A stretch of DNA of 61,423 bases, the filler included, from Choristocarpus tenellus KU-1152 (taxonomy: Eukaryota > Protista > Phaeophyceae), in the NCBI GenBank assembly GCA_964200185.2. It is 10 parts of 10 records of this genome, joined end to end, with 100 filler letters (N's around TTAATTAATTAA, not from the genome) between each part and the next. Parts side by side here need not be neighbours in the genome. Positions count along the whole stretch, not along the records: positions 21,457 to 26,031 come from CAXNAD020013953.1; positions 26,132 to 33,655 come from CAXNAD020006022.1; positions 33,756 to 36,961 come from CAXNAD020021547.1; 7 more parts are not named here. One strand, written 5' to 3'. Of the stretch, positions 25,068 through 37,061 are shown piece after piece; within the stretch, counting starts at the first letter, position 1; every line of letters begins with the position of its first letter. A program made the translations under genes and the position numbers. The notes under the pieces are model-generated. The model was given only the letters and a program-made list of their open reading frames with translations. It made no database searches and had not been told where the DNA came from.

Positions 25068-25871
25068 GCTCGATGATATTTCACCAATGAAAGTTCTTCA
25101 CAACTATTGCTTGGCTTTTTTCCCTTTATTAATATAGTATATTTTCCTTCCTCCAACATCGAGCAGCCGGCAGCGATCACCCTGTATAAAAAAAACATCA
25201 AAACAATCACACTGCCTGTAAACCTCTGGAGAGCCCCTTACACTTACATTGTATGAGAACAAAAATAACTATTTACCATTGGGTGGAATTTTCATCCAAA
25301 GCATATATATATATATATTTGCATTCCCCCCCAGAAACAGGTCACAAAACAATTATCTGCCCCCTTGTACAATATTCTTGTCTGCCTGGAGGAGTAGCCC
25401 TGATTTTAAAATGTTCTTTTTAAAGTATGTACTCCCCTTTGGCAATGGTGGAATATTCTCCCCGGGCTTGAGCCCACACCAGGTTACCAGTGACCTCATC
25501 CACCTGACATGTTAGGTAGTTGTTGTTGTTGAGGTACTTTTGTTAGTCATGGCAACTGGCATCGAGGAGGTTAGGTGAGGGAAAGAAAAAAGATGGCATA
25601 CACAATAGTGTTGTCAAGGGCTCACATACATGTCACTAATGCATACCAGTGCACCTTGTTCTGGATATAAATAGACAATTGACTGATCTTGTCACTCAGC
25701 AGCAGACCTGCTGTGGCAGAGCAAATGTAACTTTGCTATTCTTCTAGACATACATTTTGATGACACAAGTGTTGGGTCAATATCAAGGGTCGCAGGACAA
25801 AGTTTGAGAATCATGCTTTGGAGTGCACCAATAGAAGACCTAATCGTGAAATTTAGCCAATCGGATGCATT

Positions 25872-26031
25872 GGCTCAGAGTTTCTGGGGGGGAGGGTGGC
25901 GGCTGTCCTTTTGGGGCCCATTTTTTCATGTCGCGATTTTTGTGTGATTTGGTTGCATACGTCGGATGGATAACGTATGTGCACTGTTCTTGGTTATGGC
26001 CCAAATGGACACCCTGGTGTAGATCCCCCCC
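25872..26031 (-). mobile_element. MITE family A copy truncated by contig end
   Basis: ggctcagagtttctgggggg...gatttttgtgtgatttggttgcatacgtcggatggata...ccaaatggacaccctggtgtaga-polyC. Confidence 0.85.
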
Positions 26032-26810
26032 NNNNNNNNNNNNNNNNNNNNNNNNNNNNNNNNNNNNNNNNNNNNTTAATTAATTAANNNNNNNNNNNNN
26101 NNNNNNNNNNNNNNNNNNNNNNNNNNNNNNNATGTGCTTTCTTGCTAATCAAGGATGAAGAATTGGGGGGGAGGGGGGAGTGGGGGGGGGGGAGGGTCTA
26201 TTTTCCTTTTTTTTGTATGCCTTTGCCTTGCACAAGATAATGTGTCACCCTTCCATGGGGTTTTTTTTTTCCAAAGAATGGTTCAATAATTAGTTTTGAT
26301 TTTAATATTATTTTTAGTATGTGTGGATATATGCGTACTAAGTGATGTATTGATGACGAACATATTGTTGGTAATAATTATATTGTGGTTGTTACTTGTA
26401 GTAAAATACTGTGGGTATAATGGTGCATTCATATTTGTAGTATTGATAGCATTCATGATCGTAGCATTTTCTCCTTGAAAGATGGGACATGTTATGTGTC
26501 CTAGAAAAAGGAGTATTGTATAATTAGACGTTGCCAACATCCCTAACCCTTCATGCATAAGGTGTACCCTAAGATGTTGCTGCATGCATGTACTGTTCAA
26601 CCTGCCTGTGAAGGAAGCAGTTGGTGGTGTCTGTAGAAAGGTCCTTTGCGTATGCTGTATTTATTTGGGGTATATCTATGTGTGTATGTATACTATCTGC
26701 GTGGAAGTGTTATGGATATGCTTATGTGTGCATGCTCTCTGTATGTATGTATGTATGTATGCATTTATTCATTTATATTTATTTTATGTGTGTATTGAGT
26801 GTGTGTACAG

Positions 26811-29258
26811 GTTCAAATGGGGGCCATAAGGGGTTTGCTAGGAGAGGACAGGGATGTTGTTGTCCATGCCCACACTGGCTCCGGCAAGACACTGGCCTTC
26901 CTCCTGCCGCTGATTGCCCAGGCTGACCCCGACAATAACGCCCTCCAGGTACAGTAGAGTTCTTCAAGGTTTAATATGTTTCAATACATTTTATAGTATA
27001 CTATTCTGAAGTGGTACGTTATAATGAAATGAAAGGTTGTAGTCATGGAATACACACTAAGTACAGAGTAGTCTATATGAAGTGCCATTGTTAGGGTTAG
27101 GGGGATGGAGTATGAAAAGCAAATCAGTACAGCTCACAGGTTTTATTCAACCAATGGAGCGGCAGCTTGCATGTGACGTCCTAGCCAATAGGATAGTCCA
27201 GATGCGGTATCCAACCAATGGAATGCACCATTTGCCTGACCAGATGCTGTGCCTCCATCTTGACATACAATGTGTTTTGGTTGGTTTGTTGGGGGGGGGG
27301 GGGGGGGGAGGGAGGGATCCCGCCCCAGGGGGGGGGGTGGCGGGAACGGGTCAACTCCTGNNNNNNNNNNTTTTTCTCTTCTTGTTGTCTAAGTTTTTTT
27401 GTTGGTGGTGTTGGGGGGGGGGGGGGGGGGGGGGGGGGTGGGGTAGGCAGTGATCATCGCACCAGGAAGGGAGTTGGCGTCACAGATTAACTCTGTCTGT
27501 GAGAGGCTGACAGAGGGGATGGGATTGAGGACAGTCATGACTATTGGAGGTGCAAATCCCCTGCGTCAGATTGAGAGGATAAGGAAGGTCAAGCCCCAGG
27601 TGAGAGGAGCGTGCTTACAACAGCTGTTGTATTAGAATAGATGGAGGTTTTACTGAGATATATATATATATATTTACATTATCACTATTCTTAATAATGT
27701 TTTTGTAGGTGTTGTGCAGGGAGGGGGGGGGGTTGTGGTGTGAATCAGTAAGGGGCTATGATGGCTATGGTTTATGATTTTTCTTTTTGGGTAGAGTTGG
27801 ACTAAACTAAAAATACGTACTGAGGTAAATGCCCTCAGCTATCGTTGAGCCCTGACACTTATTCTGTGTGTATATTAGAAAATGGTCATGAACAGTTGAG
27901 TGTATGCCTCAAAAGCATTGTCAACTATTGTAAGCATAACCGTATTCAGTGATGTATTCATTGATATATTCAATTATCTATTCAATTAACTATTCATTTT
28001 ATGTTTTGGATCTGAACATCAAATGTAGATAGTTGTGGCCACTCCGGGCAGGCTATGCGAGCTTGTCTTTGACAAGTCCAAGATGAAGCTTGGTGCAATC
28101 AAGACAATAGTGCTGGATGAGATCGATGCCTTGCTAAGGGCTCCTTATGACAAGGAGATAGATGCCATCATCGATGCCACTCCCTCAGGTGTGAAAGAGG
28201 ATTTTTTTTTGTACTTTAGGGGGGGCTGGCTCTTTTGGGGTTTGGTGATTACCGTTAGGGTTAAGGCTAGTGTAGTGTAGTGTTTTATTAATATCAGTGG
28301 GAGGGCTAGGGTTGTGGGTATGTTTGGTGTGTAGAGATGAACTGTCAGTTGGTTTCAAAGATCTATTTTTTTCTTTCATGGGTGAATTCCAGAGGCATTA
28401 ATGCCCCCATACTATTTCTATATTGTATGGGGAGTTGGTAGTGCTGTGGTGTGTGTGCGTGGTGTTGGTAGCGTGCTGCCAAGGCGAGGAAGGGTTAGGG
28501 CCGAGAATATGCTGTTAATAGTAATGGTAATGTAAGGTAAGAGGGTTGTGTTTGTTGGAGTATTTGGTTGTTCGCTTGGAATTACATGATTTATGTGTTG
28601 TGTGACAATAAGGAGATAACACCGTTGATCTTTTTTTTCTTTTTTTCTGGTAATACTAAAATAATACTAGTCCGTAACACCCAACGGTCTTTGACGTGTT
28701 CTGCAATTTTTGTCTTATTTAAGCAGGCATTTTGGTGGCTGTTTTATTTTTTTATTAGAGAGTGTGTATACTTTTATTTAAATGTTTAGCAGGCGTGACG
28801 CCTTGTTGCACACAATAGCACCATCATAGTAATAAGATATATAGCCATAACATTATTGGGCTGATGATCATGAGGTCAAATCAGAGATTCCCATCAACCA
28901 GATGTTGGGGGGATCAGTGAATCAGCATGACATTATAAGGTATATACCGCCAATATATATGTATATACCGATGGTGGTATTATATACTGATTTCTTCGTA
29001 CCGTCATCGGTTTCTTTCACTGCAGTTAGTTAGGTCGTACCATTCAACCGTCACTGACGTTTTATATTATTATTATTATTTAGACTGGTGGATTGTTTCT
29101 CACTAACTGCTATTATTAGTATTGTTCCTATCCCATACACTTCCCTCTTCCCTAACCCTACCCCCATACACTATCCTTACACGTACCATCACTACTCATG
29201 TCCATATTCATATTAAAATCCTTTTCATGTTCTGTCCCCCAGAATGTGTACCACTACC

Positions 29259-29318
<60 letters not shown>

Positions 29319-32300
29319 ACTACCCCCTGGCCCCGCCCCCTTCCAACATTCAACATTCAACATTCAAGGTCGCCGTCAGACTATATTCGCTTCTGCAACA
29401 GGTAACTCTCAAGTGGTGGTTGAAGCTGTCAAGAGGTACATGCGAAGTGACTCTTTGTTTGTGGGCGGAAGCAGCAGCAGTCAGAAGGGGAAGGGGAAGG
29501 GGAAGGGTTCTCCTCGTGCACAGGCGTTGCCCGTAAACATCAGGCATACTATCCTCACCATGCCCAAGGTGTGTGTGTGTGTGTGTGTGTGTGTAGGAGT
29601 ACTCTAATTTTGAGGGTAGAAACAGCAGTTTCATTTTCACTCTTGGTGCCTATGGTTGTTGCTGCTCTACAGTGAGTCATGGGTGTAAGCACAACAGTTA
29701 CATGTGTGAGGCACTGGCGAGCCTCATGTGTGTGTGTATGTGTGTGTGTGTGTGTGTAGCTTTTTGTATATTCCAGTTGTACACAGTTGTTAATGCTGTT
29801 TCATTTAGTTTCGTGCACAGGGTTAGGGTTAGGGTTGGGTTAGGTTGCATATGTGTTTTGTTTTTTGTTCATCTGTAGTGTGTTTCCCTTACACCTCTGG
29901 AAGTAGTCGGTTCCTCGAGTGCATGCTCGCCCTCTCCATCTATTAGTACAATTTAGTACTATTAGTATTGTTTAGTACCATTTAGTACCACCTGGGAGGA
30001 TAGCCTCTTCGACATTTGACACCATGTCAGCCTGCTGCACAACCCTACATTCTGATCCCAACCTCGCCCCTATTATTAACTAGTATTATCTTTTAAAACA
30101 TGTGGATTAAAAGATGTGGAAAAGTGGAGTGAAGACGTAAGACGCTTGAGACAATAACCAATGTTTTCCTCTTTTAGTTGAAATTGCCTGTAATAGTAGC
30201 AGCGTAGTAGTACTAGTGTAATACTACCAGTGTAATACTACCAGTGTAATACTACCAGTGTAATACTACCAGTGTAATACTAGAAGAACAAAGACCCTAC
30301 CCTTCTGTTTGCAGCAATACCTTTGTTGACCTTGCTCCTTCTTTGGCCTTGTGCCTATTTTTCCCTTCGCCTGCTTGTTTCAACCCCCACTCACTTAGTG
30401 ACATTTCGACCTGCTTGTTTCAACCACTTGGCCCCTATCACCCATACCATCCACTTCAATGGTTGTATATTGTTATCGGGTACTTCACCCCTGGCAAACT
30501 CTGCACAACATGGGCTCCGATCCTTCCCATCACTTGGCCTTCCATTGTGTATTTTGACACCAGGACTATTCCTGGCCCTGAGTGTGTAGGTGTGCAGTGC
30601 TGTCCCTAGCCCTAACCCTAAGCCTAGCCCTAGCCTTATCCATCAGTACTGTGGTGTTTTGATTATTGTGATTGTGAATGTGGATGTGATTATGAATGTT
30701 AATGTTAATGTGATTATGAATGTTAATGTTAATGTAATTGTTAATGTTAATGTTAATGTGATTATGAATGTTAATGTTAATGTGATTATGAATGTTAATG
30801 TTAATGTGATTGTTAATGTGGTTATGAATGTTAATGTGATTGTGATTGTGAATGTTAATGTTAATGTTAAAGGTGAAGAAGTTTGACACCCTTCGGAGGA
30901 TGCTCAACACACAGCCCTTCCCGGAGAGCGTCATGATCTTCGTCAACGATCCCCAACAGGTCTTTCCTTTTATCGTTATTATTATTAGCAGTAGTAGTGT
31001 TGTTTTTTTGTAATGATGGAGTCAGGAGAGTGCCCCTCGTCAGTGACCTGTGTTGATGTAGGCAGGAATTATATGGTTTTTTAATTAGTTGGAGGCGTGG
31101 GGGGGGTGGGAGGGATAGGTTTNNNNNNNNNNGTGCCCCTTTGTTGTGGACTTTGTTGGTGGTAGGGAGAATTTTTTTGTTTTTTTATTTTGTGGGGGGG
31201 GGGGGGGGGGTGGGAGGGATAGGTTTAGGCAGGTTGCCTGGCGCGTGTTTGTTCTCCTTTTGTTGTTCGTGGGGATTTTTATTTTTGTTTGCTTGGATTT
31301 TTATTTTTTTACAGTAGTGTGTTTTTGGAGTGAGAGGCAGATCCCGCATTAGATAATAATAATATAAAATAATAGTAGTAGTAGTAGTAGTAGTAGTAGT
31401 ATAATAAAATAAATAAATAAATGCCCGTAAGCATGTTGAACGGTCTGAGACAGAGCTAACCCTAAGCTTGGAGAAATATATATATATTGTTCAGCTATCA
31501 CTGTGCTATAGAGTAGCTACTAATGGTAGCACCTGAACAAATTAGGGTTAGGATTAGGATGGTGCTATGAGCTGATCCTAGGAGGTACAACTTTATTATT
31601 TACTGTATTGAAAATCACCCTCGAATGGTTTTGTTATTATTATTATTATTAATGTTTTTGTTATTATTATCATTATGAATGTTTTTGTTGTTATTATCAT
31701 TATGAATGTTTTTGTTATTATTATCATTATGAATGTTTTTGTTATTATTATTATTATTATTAATGTTTTTGTTATTATTACATTCGAGTCCAGCACTAAA
31801 ATAGTTTAATTCTTGGTCTAGTCTAGTCCTCATGTCTGGAGAGCCATGTGATATTTGTAGATCGTGATGGAAGATGGTGCAAATAGATATATAGTCCCGT
31901 CAAGCCAGGTAGTTGGGTGTAGGTGTAACATGAGCCTGACGCAGTGAAGATGCTAGACATTGTTGTGAAGTACAGGTTAGGACCATTGGTCAGTAGCTCA
32001 AGTACTGGCAAGGTGTTGCATATTTTTTAAAGGGTGGTCATAGAGGGACGGGCTGTTGAAAACCCCCCCCAAGAAAAATGATTTTTCAAGAGTACTTTGG
32101 TAGTGATTGTTCTTATTATTATTTTTGTTATTATGGCATGGTCCACCGGAGGCAGGGTACCAAATAATAATAATGATAGATAGATAGATAGATATATTTA
32201 ACAGTGTGACCAACTACTTTGAAATAAATTCATGTTGAAGTGCACTACCAACTATTGAAGTGCATGCCGCCATTGGTAAGGTGCGTGTCTGTAAGTGGTA

Positions 32301-33138
32301 TACCTTATAACGACATACCAATCCACCAAAATCCACAGTATCTGGTTGGCAAAAACCTCCCTGCTTCACCTTGAAATTATCGACCCAATGATTTTTTTGG
32401 ACAAATTTGGTATCCTGATGAGAGAGATTGGAGTGGATTGTGGTACTACTTCAGAAGGCAGTAAGGGGTCATTCTCTGCATGATAGTGGGAGGTGCATAT
32501 AATATTTTCTAGTCCTGGCTTGGTGTAGTTGGTCTCGTAGTTCAATGCTGGTGCCCACTGGCGAAGTTTGTCATGAGAAAAAGGTGTGTTCCTTTGTTTG
32601 TTTGGTCCTTGAGGGTATGTATTGTCTGTCCATCTGTCAGAGTTGTGGGTAGGATTTGGCTAATGTTTCTATCTGTAGTTTTTGGTGTGATGTTAGTGAG
32701 TTGGGTGGGCGGGTGGGTGCCTCTCTCTGTGGTGAATGCTTGTTGCGGTATTCAAGTTCATTGGAGTTGTAGAGTTTATTTCAATTGAGGCGTTATTTCT
32801 TGCCCTGTACTTTTATCTTCAAGAGCACCTTTTTTGTAGTAGTACTCACAACAAACAATATTATAGCATCGCTTCCTTTTTCAATTATTCCTTCCGCCTT
32901 TCCTCTCTAAGAACTCCCAAGCATTTTCCATTTTACCTTCTTTTTTTTTTCGTTTTTTGAGATGATTTGACGCTCTAGAGTTGCTTGCGTCACACCCGAT
33001 GGGACCGGATGTGTGTATATATCCTCGAGTCAGGTGGAGTGGCTGACGGACAAGCTCTCTGAGGTTGGGATCATAGCGGCACCTCTTTCTGGAGAGAGTT
33101 CAAAGGACGACCGTGCAGAAATTATGCGTCGATTGCAG
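26811..33138 (+). CDS. DEAD-box ATP-dependent RNA helicase (organellar RH47/RH58-like), partial, 6 exons
   Basis: Exons 26811-26948, 27447-27599, 28029-28188, 29369-29568, 30873-30959 and 33034-33138 join in frame with GT-AG borders. Motifs in order: Q (VQ), I AHTGSGKT, Ia APGRELA, GG (IGGANPLRQ), Ib TPGRL, II DEID, III SAT, IV MIFVN. The subfamily call is from memory of the GGANxxRQ signature and is less certain. Confidence 0.93.
30215..30282. repeat. Tandem 14-bp repeat (AGTGTAATACTACC) x ~5
   Basis: Seen directly. Confidence 0.9.
30660..30870. repeat. Hexamer microsatellite (AATGTT/GTGATT mix) abutting a splice acceptor
   Basis: Seen directly. Ends 2 nt before helicase exon 5. Confidence 0.92.
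31628..31760. repeat. AT-rich compound repeat (~30-bp unit AATGTTTTTGTTATTATTATCATTATG)
   Basis: Seen directly. Confidence 0.88.
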
Positions 33139-34538
33139 GTGGGTTCAAACCAGTTGCGATCAATCAATTAATTAATCAATTAATCAATCTAGTGTTGTGT
33201 GTCAGAGTACCAACAATGATGCTCTCGCTAAGAGAACATCCTTCTTTGAGAGCTTTTCCCCCTCCCCCTTTTCTTCTGGAAATCAAATTTGTCTATTGCG
33301 ATTGATATTTGGTTCCAAAATAGGAAGTAATTTGTAGTAAGCAGTAGTAATTAGAATGTAGTGAGTAGTGGTGGTAGTAGTTAGTAGTAACAAGCAGTGT
33401 GTGCAGAGGGAGCACATCATGAAGATTTCTGGAACCTCTGCATCCACCATATCCTTGTGGGTTTGCCCTGTGTAGACTAGCGCTGTATGGTGTGTTGCCC
33501 AATGTGTTGATGCAATTGGTATTGAAGGTCAAGGTTTTACCTGTACCATTCTAACATACATCTTTTTGAGCCATGGCCTGATTGGATAAGGGCAATTAGT
33601 TCATGATTGACAATCCCAATCCTCCCCCTCCCCCTCCCCCCCCCAAAAAAAAAAANNNNNNNNNNNNNNNNNNNNNNNNNNNNNNNNNNNNNNNNNNNNT
33701 TAATTAATTAANNNNNNNNNNNNNNNNNNNNNNNNNNNNNNNNNNNNNNNNNNNNCCTCGGGGTACTTTTTTAAGACCGTTTTCGCGAAGCAACCATCCT
33801 CGTAGTCCCGCTCCATCCCCAATTTTGAAAATCCTCTGTTAATTGTGCGTAAGATGTTAACAATTAACAAAGCGAAACCGATTAAACGGTCTCTATTGTA
33901 TTACGACTATAGGGGACGAGTGTCAGGGTGATCTAAGATGCCATCTGGGGGCATCAATACATCAGTCAAGTTCATCAGTGCACGAGTGATCGTTGCAAGC
34001 GAGTGACAGACAGGCGTACGGGCTCACGTTCGTCCTATACAATACACACACGCACTTATTACCATTAGTGTTTCCTAATAATAAAGGTGTTCAAGTTGAC
34101 AAAAAAGACGAAAATAAGATAGACTCCAAACTTTGTGGTGGTGTCGGGCTTGGTCCAAGCGTGAAACCGAAGTCATTCAAAGGGACAATGATGAAGGGAA
34201 CCTGGGATTGTGGGAGAGGGGGAGATAAGGGGTGCACTGCAGGAACACCATGGGGCGCATTGGGAATGGTCGCCGCCGTCACGATCGCCACGGCAGTAGG
34301 GGTGGAACGACGGCGGCGTAAATTGAAGGGTAAAGTGGGTATAAGGTCGGACATACTGGGCGTCTGCGAGGCTACAGGTTTCGCTCTGTGTCCCAGTCAG
34401 AAAACGGCTCGGAGAATGCCCCATATTCCTACAATTTCGAGCCGGCGTGAGGTCTTGGGGCCTTGTTGTAGTTGATCTTCTGTGACTTCTAGGGACTTGA
34501 GGTGATGACTTTTTTTTATTGCATTGCGGAAGTGAACT

Positions 34539-35301
34539 GAATCAAAGTATCTGGGGGGGGGGTCTACACCAGTGTGTCCATTCGGGCCCTTACTAGGAGA
34601 AGTGCGCTTACATTATCCATCCCACGCATGCAACCAAATCACCCCCAAAATCTTCAGACATACGTACCATCACACGCTGAAAGCTACTGACTCTGCATCA
34701 AAATCCTCTAAATTTGCCCCCCCCAAAATGGAACAGCAACAGTCTGCAGAAAAAGAGGTGCGAAAAAACCTCGATGATGCCCAGGGCCATGCGGTCTACC
34801 TATCTGCCTGCCTTACAAAGGCAAAAGAGAGCAAGGACATCCTGGAGAAGGAACTGTGTGAGGATAAGGGAGGGGGGGGACGATTTGACCCTCTATAAGG
34901 GCGTCCAATGAGCATATTTATATTTCAGTCAAATTCAATGAAAATATATATTTTAAAAGAAGAGTCCCACAACTTGACAGGTAGGCAAGATTGCACTTTA
35001 AGGATCCCAAAAATTGACCTAAAGACGCTTTTCTGCGCAATTCCGAAAAGGACTTTTGTGGATTTGCGGTGAGACATCTTGTTTGCCGAAAGGAAGAAGA
35101 TCAACTTTCAATTTTGAGCCAAAGTACCTTAGAGGATAGCGCAGCGTCCATTAGAGGGCCAAAATCCAATGTTGCGTTATTGATGTAATTTTGGCTATCG
35201 CATTTGTTAGGAAGTGTCAATATCCATGTTCCGGACACACCTTTTCATAATGTATACATTTCACACACACCCCCCCCTCCCCCCCCCAGATACTTTGGGT
35301 C
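34539..35301 (+). mobile_element. Composite non-autonomous TIR element: MITE A left arm (34539-~34651), unrelated filler, family B arm (35116-~35262), MITE A-type right TIR
   Basis: Starts gaatcaaagtatctggggggg and ends cccccccagatactttgggtc. 35116-35262 aligns with the reverse complement of 36780-36926. No matching TSD is visible. Confidence 0.6.
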
Positions 35302-36666
35302 AAAGGCAGCTTCAAACATATCAAAACCTCTCCATATATATTTTTTATTCAATGCACAGGAAGATACTGTGCGTGTTATCAGTATGGAGGTTGGACTCTA
35401 CATCATGTCAGTCACCATGTCTTTAGTAGGTATCCTTCACAAGGTGGTGATATCAGGAGAAGAATGCAACATTGTGTTAAGGAAAGCTAACTTCCATTAC
35501 ATAAAGATGAAGGGAACAGGAGTTGTTGAAGGAACAAACTCTTTTCATACTACACACACACCTTTGTGCCCCGAGTATCTCATGCATGAGGTGGTGATTG
35601 GGACAATAAACCACATCTTCTGTTGCTTGCGTGGTGTTATGATTCAGAGTGCACTTTTCAATTGTGGTTGATGTATCTCTATGTCTTCATTCCCTGCCTG
35701 TTGGGAGATCATTCATTTCATAGACATCCATCACTTCCCTGCCACCTCCCTTCTTATCCCCAGCTGCAACTTGGCTGCCTTGTGTCCAATATCAATCCAC
35801 GCCCTCCCAAAACAATATGTAGGCACTCCCTGCATTTTCCAGAGGCCAAACTCTAGGGCTTCCCTTTGAAGAGGACAGGCAAGGTATTTTTCCCCAGCCC
35901 TTGAATACTCAAGTGTACGGGGAAGAGAGTGCAGGTAGGGGATGTTCAAGGCCTGCAACCACGTCTGTTACACCTGGAACAAGCAAACGAAGCTTTCAAT
36001 GGGAATAGTATTTTGAATATTTTTTAGTATACTGATTTGGGGATCATTCAGGCCTACTGACTGCCTGCGGTCAGACATACACTTGGGATTAGGCACTCGT
36101 AGCAGTATCTTGTTGTCTGAAGGCTGTACTAGAGAAGGTAGGATTGTGTATGCATGAAGAGAGAGAGAGTCAATGTATCACAGGTGCTTTACAGTTTGAG
36201 CAGTATCTATGTATCCATTGTAAGTATGTTACTGTGTACAAAGGGATGGTGGATGTAGAGCCTGTCAATATTGCCCATGTGGGGAAATGACAATAATGGT
36301 ATCACCTTGCATAAATAGTTGACAAGACTACTGAGCAACCTACTTGTCACTGCTGGATGGAATACTGATAGCCTTGGATTGTGACACTGTAAATCAGCTC
36401 AACCTTTGAGCCCCCCTCCTTAGTGCTTTGACATGTTGGCATGGAGTGGCTCTGTGTGGAAATAGATGTACATATCGGGATTTGCTTTTAGCCTAGGAAC
36501 TGCTCAACCTCAGGAGTTACAGACACCACCGTAATGAATGCGGCTCCATTGTCATTGATAATGTCCTTGTAAGGAAGTTCTACGATTACAAAAATATTAG
36601 AGGGTAACAACCTGTCCTATTTTACAGGGAGCTTCCTGCTACCATCGCTGTTTGAGAACAACTCCT

Positions 36667-36926
36667 GAGTGAAAGTATCTTAGAGGGTACGAGTTTTGCC
36701 CTGTTTGTCCATTTTGGGCTTGGGTTCTCATGGGGGTTTTTTATGACATTTTCCTACTCCAAAATGTTTAGGAGTAGTCAAAATGTTTACGTTATGAAAA
36801 TGTGTGTCCAAAACATAGATTTTGACACTTCCTAACAAACACAATAGCCCAAAATTACATCAACATTGCAACATTGGATTTGAACCCCCAATGGGCGAGG
36901 CTCTACCCTCTAATATACTTTGGCTC
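36667..36926. mobile_element. MITE family B copy (~260 bp)
   Basis: Imperfect TIRs gagtgaaagtatcttagagggta ... taccctctaatatactttggctc. The termini share the AAAGTAT core with family A. A second partial copy lies at 35116-35262. Confidence 0.7.
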
Positions 36927-37061
36927 TCCTTCAAGATGCCATTGAGGGGAGGTGAGAACACNNNNNNNNNNNNNNNNNNNNNNNNNNNNNNNNNNNNNNN
37001 NNNNNTTAATTAATTAANNNNNNNNNNNNNNNNNNNNNNNNNNNNNNNNNNNNNNNNNNNN

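Noticed and set aside
24728-25210. 160-aa His/Thr/Tyr/Ile-rich ORF, plus similar ORFs at 30566-30946, 31596-31833, 22256-22533 and 49927-50290
   Set aside because: Translations of microsatellites and minisatellites, not proteins.
29261-29318. Very long poly-C/poly-G runs as functional polyproline exons or G-quadruplex elements
   Set aside because: They lie in introns or at contig and gap edges, and their lengths are unreliable in short-read assemblies. Only the exon at 37062-37168 has genuine mixed Pro codons.
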